This document shows positions 25,281 to 36,700 of a stretch of 64,000 nucleotides of DNA, one piece after another. The stretch lies in contig NW_003314372.1 in the NCBI RefSeq assembly GCF_000143415.4, forward strand, positions 402,053 to 466,052. The letters run 5' to 3'. The DNA is from Selaginella moellendorffii. Its lineage: Eukaryota > Plantae > Lycopodiophyta. A program made the translations under genes and the position numbers. The notes beneath the pieces are model-generated. The model made no database searches and was not told the DNA's origin. It saw nothing but the letters and a program-made list of their open reading frames with translations. How positions within the stretch are numbered: position 1 is the stretch's first letter; each line of letters opens with the position of its first letter.

Positions 25281-26739
25281 TATAAGCAACTAAATTTTCC
25301 ATTTTACTTTATTCACTTAACCACACATTTGACCACTCACAACCTCCATAAGTCTTATTCTAGACTGCTAACCTTGAGAATGGCATTTATGCCACTCAAC
25401 CTTTACACTTGGCCCAAGTTCTCCACATATCTAATCCCATAATCGACATGCAAAGATACCATCGACATATTAGCTTATTATGCTAGGCCATGCTCATTCA
25501 CCTTTGTCACACTAGTGATCTAACACCATCTACATCACATTCCTGTCTTTCCAAGATTGGGCCATTCGTCCATGAGTGATTATCCCCAATCCACTCCTTA
25601 ACATCCTTAAGATGTCCGCAGACATAGAGAATTGCCTTCCCTAATATCCCTTTTTTCAGTCCCCACTAAGTCTCTTTCCGTCCACGGTTGTATTTGCCAA
25701 CACTAACATTGAGTCAGGGCTTGAAGGCCCAACCACTACATTCCATTGACTTTTGGGACTTCCTTGCCACATGACTACATACTTGGTCACCACACAAGGG
25801 GATTGCTCCTCTTGCTTTCCATAATCTAGGACTCTAGGACAACATTTTGAAACATTGTAGCCCTATGTGAGCCTCGTGAGTACTCTCCCTACCTTTTGCC
25901 TTTGGGTGCAATAACCATATGGCTAGAGTGAGGTTCCGATGAGCCACACTAGGTGTCCAAGTAAGTAGTGTCACCCATACTTGGATTGGGAACATCAAAC
26001 ATTTAATCCCCTGGGGGAGCTAAATTTGGCTCTTGAACACTTCACCACGCTACCTCATTTATTTATCTATATTCATTCTAGCCTTAGACTCAATGGTTAT
26101 ATCATCACTCAACATATAGGTATAGCCTTTCTGAGTCATACTGGTTTATCTTTGCCAAATTGGTTCCACTACCCTTACACTCTCCCTACTATACTTTTGG
26201 AACCTCCTACAATTACTTGTTACCCCCTATAATGAAATTGTTACAGTGATTATAAACCCCACTAGAGAGCCTCCATTTAACCATAGTATTGCAATACATC
26301 TGAAAGTTGAAAGTCTTTGGGAACTTTGGAGGGACTTTATCCCTTAGCTTGCTAAGGCCTCTCATTTCACAAGTTTTTTATTTGTCATATGGTTTAATAT
26401 AGACAATTCCATACTTCAAACTTTTCATGGCATCACAATTGCCTGTAGCAACACTTTTGAGCACCCATTTAATTCTCCACTCCCAATTTGCATAATGACC
26501 CTTGGTTATACCCTTTGATTCCTATGATTTGATTCTATCCCTTTACTACTTGTTTTTTGGCCTTATACGTTCCTTTCAATTATTCCCTTCTAAGTTAGAA
26601 GGATAACCTTGCACTTTCTCCCATGCCTTAACAAGTATTCTTAAGAATGAATTTACCTGATAACTTAGGGAGTGGTTTTTCAATCCAGATATGCTCATCT
26701 TGTAATCCCACACACCAAGATTAACATTGCTACTTCTCC
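25281..26739 (-). mobile_element. Degenerate family A LTR and interior fragments
   Basis: Diverged reverse-complement matches to the A LTR 3' end (TATAAGCAACTAAATTTTCC) and to the interior region 31370-31770. Confidence 0.75.
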
Positions 26740-28727
26740 CCACCTTCCCTTCCACCTTTAGGAGGTCTAGCCATGGGCTTAAAGAGAGGTTCCGTTGAGT
26801 CACACCAAGTATCCAAGTAGGTAGTGCCACCCACACTTGGACTCGGAGCATCGACCATTCAATCTCCTGGGGGAACTAGAACCGACTCTTGAATACTTCA
26901 CCAAACTACCACGTTTGTCAGTCCATATTTACTCTAGCCTTGGACTTCCCAGTGGCTATCCCATCACCCAACATCTGGGTACAGCCTTCTTGGGCCAAAC
27001 TGGCTCCACTGGAAGGGGCTGGGTAGTTTTTGAGCTGAGCTCAAGTCAATGAAAGTCAACGAAAGTCAAAGGAAGTTAATACAATCCCCTAACTAGCGAA
27101 AGTTTAATGGAACTACCTTAGTTCGTCCCGAACCAAGAATTTTTAACATAAAATCTAGGTGTTTAAGGTATTCCATAAGCTCATGTAGATTATTGGTTCA
27201 ACATGAACTAATCTTTTAGTCTACAAAAAAAGAAAATAATATATTAAACAATATAATTTATATTAAAATTAGAATATATTCAATCTTCTTCTGCTTCCAT
27301 ATCCAGAAAAGTAGAAATGGGTATAGTGGAATGCTCCTTCACTATAGGCTCATGTTGTATGTAATGTTGTGCCATACGTTCAGCATAAATAGGTAAGTGG
27401 AATTGATTTCGGTCCATATGATCATCCATATCATCAAGATCAAGCGTGTGGACTGAAACACTGTGTGTGATAAGTGTAGACCTAATAAAATAGAAACATT
27501 TGAGAATAAATATTATAGATTATTTCAAGCACTAACATCACCTGTCGCAAAATCTCCTAAGAATGTCCTCAAAGGCACCCTCCTTCTCAAGTGCAAAAAC
27601 CACTTAGCCTGTCTCTTTTGCTGCCTGCACCATTGATCCAAATCCTACTGTAGCATCAAACACAATCCCCTTTGGCAGACAGAATAACTCCAACAAGATT
27701 TGCATGGCCGTGACCGAACGATGTCGATAACTAGGGAACGCTGGGTGAAGAACATCCGAGTCAATCACATTTGGGATGATGTTTGTAAAGCTGTCATATC
27801 CTGGTAAAGCAAGAGCAGCACGCTCGTCAGCTCGTGTGGCATTACACCGGTTCCCAATGTGGCATAGAGCATGTGTGAGACACAAAATCCCTAGGCCCCA
27901 AAGTGGAGCCGGAAGGGCGCCACATGGTAGTGGCCGAAGCGAGAGCCAAACGAGCGTAACACGTTTGGACCAAAAGCTCCGACTTGAAAAGTCAAGAGCG
28001 GGAGTGGAACTCCCAACGAAGTGCTCGAGGAACGAGCACGAAGCGAGCAAAAGGCGAGGCTCCAAAAAGAGACCCAAAAGGACCAACAATGACACGTGGG
28101 AGTGTCCGAGATGGACCCGAGTTGGAGTCCAAAGTGGAGTCCGAGATGGACTCGAGTTGGAGTCCGAAGTGGAGTCCGAGATGGACCCGAGTTGGAGTCC
28201 GAAGTGGAGTCCGAGATGGACCCGAGTTGGAGTCCAAAGTGGAGTCCGAGATGGACCCGAGTTAGAGTCCGAAGTGGAGTCCGAGATGGACCCGAGATGG
28301 AGTCCGAGATGGAGTCCGAAGTGGAGTCCGAGGTGGACCCGAGATGGACCCAAGTTGGAGTCCGAAGTGGAGTCCGAGGTGGACCCGAGATGGACCCGAG
28401 TTGGAGTCCGAAGTGGAGTCCGAGATGGACCCGAGATGGAGTCCGAGATGGAGTCCGAGATGGAGTCTGAGGTGGACCCGAGATGGACCCGAAATGGAGT
28501 CCGAGATGGAGTCCGAGATGGACCCAAGATGGAGTCCGAGATGGACCCAAGATGGAGTCCGAGATGGAGTCCGAGATGGAGTCCGAAGTCGAGACCGAGA
28601 CCGGGACCAAGACCGAGACCGAGACCGAGATCGGGACCAAGACCGAGACCGAGGCCGAGGCCGAGACTGAGCCCGAGCCCGAGTCCGAATCCGAGTCCAA
28701 GTCCGAGTCCGAGTCCGGAGCCTGAGA

Positions 28728-28797
28728 GGGTGAAAGCCCAAAGCGTTCGTCTCCCAGACCCTGGGGGGTTTGGTGAGCTCCAAAAGTATAGTAGGGG
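28728..28797 (+). promoter_or_regulatory. Putative LTR core promoter (AAAGCCCA site II-like motif plus TATA-like CCAAAAGTATAGTAGGG)
   Basis: Conserved in A and B LTRs (B at 1337-1406). The TATA-like part also occurs in the D LTR (24476-24492 minus, CCAAATGTATAATAGGG). Confidence 0.55.
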
Positions 28798-29723
28798 GAG
28801 GACGGCAGTGGAGCCAGTTTGGCCAGGAAAGGCCAGTTTGGCCCAGGAAGGCCAGACCCAGTGTTGGGTGATGAATTGACCACTGGGAAATCCAAGACTA
28901 GAGTGAATACGGATCGACAAGCAGCGTAGCTTGGTGAAGTGTTCAAGAGCCGGCTCTAGTTCCCCCGGGAGATCGACTGGCCGATGCTCCTAGTCCAAGT
29001 GTGGGTGGCACTACCTACTTGGATACCAGGCGTGGCTCAACGGAACCTCGCTCTAAGCCCATGGCTAGAGCACCTAAAGGCGAAAGGCGGGGAGAGTACC
29101 CAGGTGGCTCACGTAAGGCCACGGTGTTCCGAAATGTTGTCCCAAAGGCCTAGACTGTGGAAAGGAAGAGGAGCAGTCCTCTAGGGTAGTGACCAAGGAC
29201 ACAGTCGTGTGGTGAGGAAGTCCCGGAGGACCATGGGACTTAGGGGTCGGGCCTGTGGACCTCGATCCAGTGGCAGTGTTGGCAAACACGGCCAGGGGCA
29301 GAAAGGGACTTGGTAGGAACTGACAAAGGGACTTTGGGGAAGGCAATTCCCCAGGTCTGTGGGCATCCTAAGGATGCTAAGGAGTGGATCTAGGATGACC
29401 ACTCGTGGACAAATGGCCCAGTTTTGGAGAGACGGGATTGTGATGCAAGTGGTATTGGACCACTGTGCAGCAAAGGTGAATGGGTATGGCCTTAGTGTAA
29501 CGGGCCGAGATGTCAGTGGTACCTTTGGGTGTCAGTCTTGGGACTGGACACGTGGAGCACTTGGACCAGGTGCAAGTGTTGAATGGCATGGATGCCATTC
29601 TTGGGGCTAGCAAGTCCCAAGTCCTGAATTGGACTTATGGAGGTTGTGAATGAGACTCCTCCAAATGGTCGGAGGCGTGGTTAAGTGACTAAAGTAGAAT
29701 GGAAAATTTAGTCGCTTACAACT

Positions 29724-29735
29724 TGGTATCGGAGC
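29724..29735 (+). other. Primer-binding site (tRNA-iMet type variant TGGTATCGGAGC)
   Basis: Lies 3 nt after the LTR end and differs by one base from the canonical TGGTATCAGAGC. The same sequence is at 45416-45427. Confidence 0.9.
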
Positions 29736-32700
29736 TGTTCCTTTGTCCGACTTTTATTGGTGCTCAAGTATATCACCACTAGTGTTGGCATCGAAAGGTC
29801 CGAAGAGTGGGCCTATCCTTGAAGAGTAGCATGTCGAGAAGACATGGCTCTCCATTACAGTTCATGTTCGAACTTGTAGACGAGGTGGTGGATAGAAAAG
29901 GGCCAATAATGGAACGACTTTGGGATCTTGGGAACAGTATATGGTTTTCCTCAAAGAGTTGAGGATGTGATCCAGATGAGCGTTTGACTTAGCAAACTGG
30001 CTAATGTAGTTGTGGTAAACAACTACAGTTGGGATCACGGGAAAGATAAAGACTCCAAAGCAATAAAGGAGTCACAAGATTTTCCTCATATAGTTGAGGT
30101 TGGTGCTCATGAATGTGAGACCAGAAGTAATGACCGTGGGAGGTCAAATACGGAAGAGGCCTCAAGTCCTTGAAAAGGTAGCCGGGGCTACCTCTAATAA
30201 ATGCTGGAACAACCCCAGGAGTTGGGGGTGTATTAAGTGGATGAGTTGGTGTTCTTATCACATGGACAAGAAGTCCTAAGGGGCAAAGGTTGCCCCCAGA
30301 GAACAAAATCAAGTGTCGGAGTAGCACTTGTGAAAATAGTCCTTTTGAGTAGGACAGGAATGCAAGATGTGTATTCCAGTGAGCTAGTGCCTCACAAGTA
30401 GGACCTTACGGGTCTGTGGATTAACCAAGTCCAAAACTGCTGGATGACTCAAGTAGAGTCAATGGATGGTCCTAAAAGGACTGATGGAAGCATTTGGACT
30501 GAGGTGTGTTGTACCCCACAAAGGATGGGGGGGGATCATAGGATCCAAGGATGAGAACAGAGGGTATCTCATCGATGGCAAAATATGCAATGCTAAAGTT
30601 ATGGGAAAGGTGTTCCCAGAAGAAAACAACTTTGACATAAAGTTGTGTGTGACCTCTATGGTGCAGTGCTAACGGATGGTTGGCATGAGAAAGAGCGGTG
30701 TTGGTCTTGGCAAAGACTTAGACACGAAGGGGAAATGTTATAGAGGTAGGCTCGTGGAGCCGATGGTGGGGAGACACCAAATGTGCCAAGATGTGATACC
30801 TTGAGGCTATGTTGGTGGGTTCATGAGAACCCCTTGCCAAAGGAATCCCAATGGAAATGGGAATAGCATAGCCTAAGCTGCAGAGCATGCAGTTGGAGTG
30901 TGGTGACCCAGATAATGATGGAGGTGTGAAAGCACCAAGCAATGAGTTGTAGGACTTGACAATTATGAGGCAACTAAGCAAGAGGTGCAAAATAACTGGT
31001 TAAACGGGTAGAAGGTAGCTACCCAAGACTTCTAGCATAGGGAAGTCGGATATACCCTTACGGGGGATAAGTTACTTGTGTTGCGATATAGTAGGTCAAT
31101 GTCATAAAAGGAAATACTCATTGTCAAACAGGCCATTATTTGGGACACCTGAACACTCTAGAACACCAGAAGATGGTGTTTGATGTCGCGAGGGCAATGG
31201 ATAAAGCCCAAGGGACTAAGTCCCTAGCGAATGATGGATAGAAGGTGCTATCCAAATGTCCAAGGTTGTGGAGACAGGAGAGGACTGTCTACCCGAGTTG
31301 GACAAAGCCAAAGAGGGAATTTTGGCAAGGCTGGTGATGGGCATGTAAAGGCCCATAAGTAACAATGTAATCCCAGTGTGTGGGATTATAAGGTGAGCAT
31401 ACCCGGATTGAGGAACCACTCCCTAGGCTATCGGGTAGGTTCATCCCTAAGAATACTTGCTAAGGCATGATAGAAAGTGCAAAGCTATCCTCCTGGTCTG
31501 GAGGAGAATGACCGAAGGAAAGGTGTGAAGCCAAAAGCAAGAAGTAAGGGGGTAGAACCGAACCATAGGAATCGAAGGGCATAACCGAGGTTGGTTATGC
31601 CAGCTGGGAGTGGAGAATCAAGTGGGGTCTCGAGGGTGTTGCCGCTAGCAACCGTGATGCCATGGAGAGTCTAAAATATGGAATTGTCCATGTTAGACTA
31701 TGTGGCAATTGGAAAGCTTGCAAAAAGGGAGGCCTTAGCAAGCTAAGGGACAGAGTCCCTTCAAGGTTCCCGAAGATGATTCTAGGTAGCTTAGTACCTA
31801 GAAAGGCCAAGTGTAAATGGTTCATAGAACGTGCGAAATCAGAGTGGCACAGTAGAAGCGTGGTCTTGAAGCTTGCCATGAGGCACGGCTGTCAAGGTTA
31901 GGGAAGTAGTTCCCGAGTGTTCAAAGAGAGGGCTTTGAACGAAAGTCGATGGTCAAGGACTTTCACGCTTATGCAGGAACCATGTTACAGTGGTCGGAGG
32001 ACTTGCCAAGCGAGATTGGCACGTCGGGGGAACAAATACCCTAGATGAAGGTGATAACTTCAAAAAGGGTGGGCCATGGGGCCGAGCATGGAGGAGTCCA
32101 TGCATGATCACAGACATGTCAAGTGAGAGGACTTGGTAGTGTGGAGGAACTAGGTTCCTAAGCTGTGATCTGTAGCGCGCTTTAAAAATAAGTTGGTGCA
32201 CCGGCGTGGGGAGTCACGCCAGGCATCTTGTGTGATGCCGTCCGTAGATGCATATACGGAGGTTGGGTTCGAGTCCCGACCCTCTAGTGCTTGGGTTCGA
32301 GTCCCAAATCACTAGGGCGTGGTGATGGTTTGGAATATGAGGACACTCATATTTCGGTGGTCATGGACTCTCAGTGGGGAGACTGGTTTGGGCACACCGC
32401 CAAGCGAGGGATGCCTCGGAGTTGTGATGCACGGTTAGATTGCTTAGTGTGAAAGCTCGGCATATCTAACTTGAACGCTTTGGTGCAAGTGGCACTAAGG
32501 TCGTGGTGAGTGAGATGGGGACACCTAATCTTAGTTGCTATGAACCCTTGGCCGTAAGGGCTAGCTTGGGTGCACCGCCAAGTGTGGGGGATGCCCCCGG
32601 GGTTATAGTCAACAACTTGGAGGTCTAGAAGACCAAGTACCTCTTGGCAACTCTGTTAAGGTGCCAAGGTGAGATCACTAGGTGATCTTGTGGCTAAATA

Positions 32701-33753
32701 AGGACAAGGTCCTTGTTTGGGTTAAGGAATAAGGTTCCTAGTTCAAAGTGTTGATTTGAACTATTGATGATGGTGTGGCTTGGTCAAGGTGACCAAGTGG
32801 GAAAAGCACCTTAGGGAAATGAGCTATGTCATTGCGATGGCATAGTGTGTCCAAGGAAAGTAGTCTCTAAAGAGACCCATGAGAGGGTCACAAATCTGGG
32901 CCGAGGATAGAGCCCACAGCAGAAGATGCTAAAAGAGACTTACTAGGGATGAACACCCTAGTCTTGGCAAAGCAGAGCCTTTGCTATGGAATCAAAAGAA
33001 TACCTCAAGGAGGGAGGTAGAGATTCGATGTTGCTTGGTGCAACAATCAACGGATAGGAGCAAAAGATGAGTGGCCAAGATAGGGCCGTGGAATCCCTTG
33101 GAATGAATCCAAGTGACAAAGTTAGGCGAGGAACACTAATGTGTTGGACGCTAACAAATTGCGGGAAAGGAAGTGTGTTTCCAAGGATGGATTCCGAAAT
33201 GCTCCGATTTGGCGAAAGTGGAAGCTCCAAGGGAGGGAGCGGTAAGGTAGCCAAATGATAGGGCCATGAACAGCCCTAGCACAAAGTATGATAACTGGAA
33301 CTTTGGCACGAAATAGAAGAGAGGATGATGGTGCCCTCGAGTAGAGAACTTCCTAGAATGGGAAGTGGAGTTGCACAAAAGGTGCAAGGCAAGGTGTCGG
33401 AGACACCTAGGAAATTGACTCCAAGAAGTCAAAATTCAAAGTTCCAAAGTGCAAAGGTTATATCGATGGAAATTGAGACTACTCGAGAAGGAGTAGTGGG
33501 ATTGACTTAGAGAAGGGTCTCTAAGAGGTTTAGCGAGAACTAAACCAATAAAAGGAGAGAACCATTACATGTGGTCCAATCAGTCTCTAAGTTGGAGAGA
33601 CTACGCTCCTTAAAGGATGGACAAGGCATGGTGAGCCTTTGGTGTCAAACCATAGACAAAGATTGGCTAGGTGCCAAGGATGGAAATGGTAACACGTGTG
33701 GGTGTTACTTTATGAAAGGGTTTACCGTTCGATGAGGACATTGAACTTCGTCT
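29736..33753 (+). ncRNA. Non-coding, hairpin-dense interior of family A
   Basis: Dozens of back-to-back 5-10 bp stems are readable by eye. There is no long or recognisable ORF. Confidence 0.7.
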
Positions 33754-33767
33754 ATGGGTGGTGGAGT
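33754..33767 (+). other. Polypurine tract of A2
   Basis: ATGGGTGGTGGAGT, identical to the family B PPT. Confidence 0.9.
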
Positions 33768-36700
33768 TGTGAGACACAAAATCCCTAGGCCCCAAAGTGG
33801 AGCCAGAAGGGCGCCACATGGTAGTGGCCGAAGCGAGAGCCAAACGAGCGTAACACGTTTGGACCAAAAGCTCCGACTTGAAAAGTCAAGAGCGGGAGTG
33901 GAACTCCCAACGAAGTGCTCGAGGAACGAGCACGAAGCGAGCAAAAGGCGAGGCTCCAAAAAGAGACCCAAAAGGACCAACAATGACACGTGGGAGTGTC
34001 CGAGATGGACCCGAGTTGGAGTCCAAAGTGGAGTCCGAGATGGACTCGAGTTGGAGTCCGAAGTGGAGTCCGAGATGGACCCCAGATGGAGTCCGAATCC
34101 GAGTCCGAATCCGAGTCCGAATCCGAGTCCGAGTCCGAGTCCGAGTCCGGAGCCTGAGAGGGTGAAAGCCCAAAGCATTCGTCTCCCAGACCCTGGGGGG
34201 TTTAGTGAGCTCCAAAAGTATAGTAGGGGGAGGACTACAGTGGAGCCAGTTTGGCCAGGAAAGGCCAGTTTGGCCCAGGAAGGCCAAACCCAGTGTTGGG
34301 TGATGAACTGACCACTGGGAAATCCAAGACTAGAGTGAATACAGACCGACAAGCGGTGTAGCTTGGTGAAGTGTTCAAGAGCCAGCTCTAGTTCCCCCGG
34401 GAGATCGACTGGCCGATGCTCCCAGTCCAAGTGTGGGTGGCACTACCTACTTGGATACCAGGCGTGGCTCAACGGAACCTCGCTCTAAGCCCATGGCTAG
34501 AGCACCTAAAGGCGAAAGGCGGGGAGAGTACCCAGGTGGCTCGCGTAAGGCCACGGTGTTCCGAAATGTTGTCCCAAAGGCCTAGACTGTGGAAAGGAAG
34601 AGGAGCAGTCCTCTGGGGTAGTGACCAAGGACACAGTCGTGTGGTGAGGAAGTCCCAGAGGACCATGGGACTTAGGGGTCGGGCCTGTGGGCCTCGATCC
34701 AGTGGCAGTGTTGGCAAACACGGCCAGGGGCAGAAAGGGACTTGGTAGGAACTGACAAAGGGACTTTGGGGAAGGCAATTCCCCAGGTCTGTGGGCATCC
34801 TAAGGATGCTAAGGAGTGGATCTAGGATGACCACTCGTGGACAAATGGCCCAGTTTTGGAGAGACGGGATTGTGATGCAAGTGGTATTGGACCACTAGTG
34901 CAGCAAAGGTGAATGGGCATGGCCTTAGCGTAACGGGCCGAGATGTCAATGGTACCTTTGGGTGTTGGTCTTGGGACTGGACACGTGGAGCACTTGGACC
35001 AAGTGCAAGTGTTGAATGGCATGGATGCCATTCTTGGGGCTAGCAAGTCCCAAGTCCTGAATTGGACTTATGGAGGTTGTGAATGAGACTCCTCCAAATG
35101 GTCGGAGGCGTGGTTAAGTGACTAAAGTAGAATGGAAAATTTAGTCGCTTACAGCATGGTAGTTCCAGGAATAAATCTGAAAAAAAAAATAGAATAGAGT
35201 TAATTTATAAATAAAGAAGTCACACACCTTTTGCGTCTGCCTGCTAGTGCCTTTTGTGTCCACCACCATACTCAAAAGAAGGCAGCCAGATGAAAACTCA
35301 ACAAATCCATCATCGTTGTCAGCCAAGTGTGTGAGAAGGCCTTCCCACATTAGAGAGCGAGGAAGGATCATGACAACCACACCCTCGTATGTCATGAAGC
35401 TGCTCGCAACCTTTAAGGCTTGGGAAATGTGTTGGGCCTGCAACACATTCCATGACAGAGTATCCCTCTGCGGTGGTGGCATCCCATCGGGAAGATCAAA
35501 AAAGATGAAATCGATCTTCCCATAAGGTGTGAGCTGACCCAAACCATGGATCCACCGATCAAGCATGTAGAGCTCCCGACTAGTAGCATCTAAAAGCTGT
35601 GTGTAATCCCCAATGAGAACAGCAACTTCCCCAACACTGGCCGTTAGGGATAGAGGGCGAACCTGAAAATCAACTATTAGAACTTGAAGATAAAATTCAT
35701 GCTTACTAACCTGTTTATGCATCGCTGCAGAGGAGAGCTCTTCTAGGTCGTCATCTGTAGCCGTAGGGAGGGATGGGAAGAATGTCTTAGTCCGCCGAAA
35801 AGACTAATGGCTGCTCTCTGCAACATCTATAAAAAAAAAAGTGAAGTCAAGAATGAATAAAAGAATGTTCCAAATCAAAGTCCTTACTCTCATGAAAGGC
35901 TTCATGACGTCCCCTTTGGGGGTTGTGAGGAGCAGGTACTGGAATCTCTTGTGCTGGAATTTCCTGTACAGTTTCCTCTGGTTCAACGGTATTTGGATTT
36001 GGCATCTTCTGAATGGTTTCCTGAGTGCTGACTCCTAGGTTTAGTTGTTGAACTTCAACAACGTCGTTATCACAGTCAGAAAGAGCCTCTGGAAAATAAG
36101 AATATAACTCAAGGTTAATATTTCCTAGCTAAGTGCTGAGTTTCAAGTGAACCTGGATGACATTCAAGGTAGAGATCTAGCTTGAAGTCCGATGTTGGCA
36201 TCTGCTCCACGAGTTCAAGGTACCACGGGCATAGCTCCCTCTCATGTGTACAAGGACAGTAGAACTCTGGCTCATACATCCCAAGCTTCTTGCCTCTAGT
36301 CAGGAGCTTCTGCAAAACGCCGGTTGTGTATACCGGTGCGCCGGGGCAGTATTTTAAATATCTACAAAGTAAAACAAAAATATAAATACCAATATATAAA
36401 TAAGAATTGAAAAAATATCTGTAAACCATGCGCCTCGCAAGAAATGGTTATCCTGGTTGGTTCTTGAACCCAGCCGAACTCGTCCCACCACATGGAAGCC
36501 AACCATTCCCCCAGCAAGCACATCTATTTCATTTTTATGCAGGAACTAAACCAAGATCCTAAGATCAACCATCACATCCACCAGGCAAGCCTTATAGTTG
36601 TGAAGCTTGAGAAGTGTTTTTAGATTGCTTTTAGTGTTCGGATCTATATTTCTATTTGTATTTTATTGGTCGAATTTACTTGGAAATATAGATTAAATCA

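Larger units (their letters stand above)
27874..35153 (+). mobile_element. Complete family A non-autonomous LTR element, copy A2
   Basis: LTRs at 27874-29720 and 33768-35153 with TG..CA ends; perfect TSD GCATG; PBS and PPT present. No gag/pol motifs in the 4047-bp interior. Confidence 0.97.
27280..36523 (-). pseudogene. Intron-containing beta-class DNA N6-adenine/N4-cytosine methyltransferase-like gene, disrupted
   Basis: Phase-consistent exons: ~36419-36523 (uncertain), 36153-36361, 35888-36088, 35711-35826, 35228-35662, 35159-35176 plus 27542-27873, and 27280-27481, with 48-64 nt introns. A motif IV-like KIDFIFFDLPDG precedes a motif I-like LPKGIVFDATVGFGSMVQAAKETG*VVFALE. There are in-frame stops at 35804 and 27604 and an LTR insertion in an exon. 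Confidence 0.75.

Noticed and set aside
28100-28720. Repeat array as a CRISPR locus
   Set aside because: There are no unique spacers and no cas genes, and it lies in a eukaryotic LTR context.
28721-28756. Hammerhead-like CTGAGA-GGGT-GAAA-GCCC-AAAG (retrozyme idea)
   Set aside because: It lacks the CUGANGA spacing and the GAAA after stem II, has no convincing stems I/III, and CTGA is absent in family B. It is better explained as a promoter motif.
33067-33510. Short ORFs conserved between A1 and A2 interiors
   Set aside because: The conservation reflects recent copy identity. They are under 100 aa, have no motifs, and overlap hairpin-constrained sequence.
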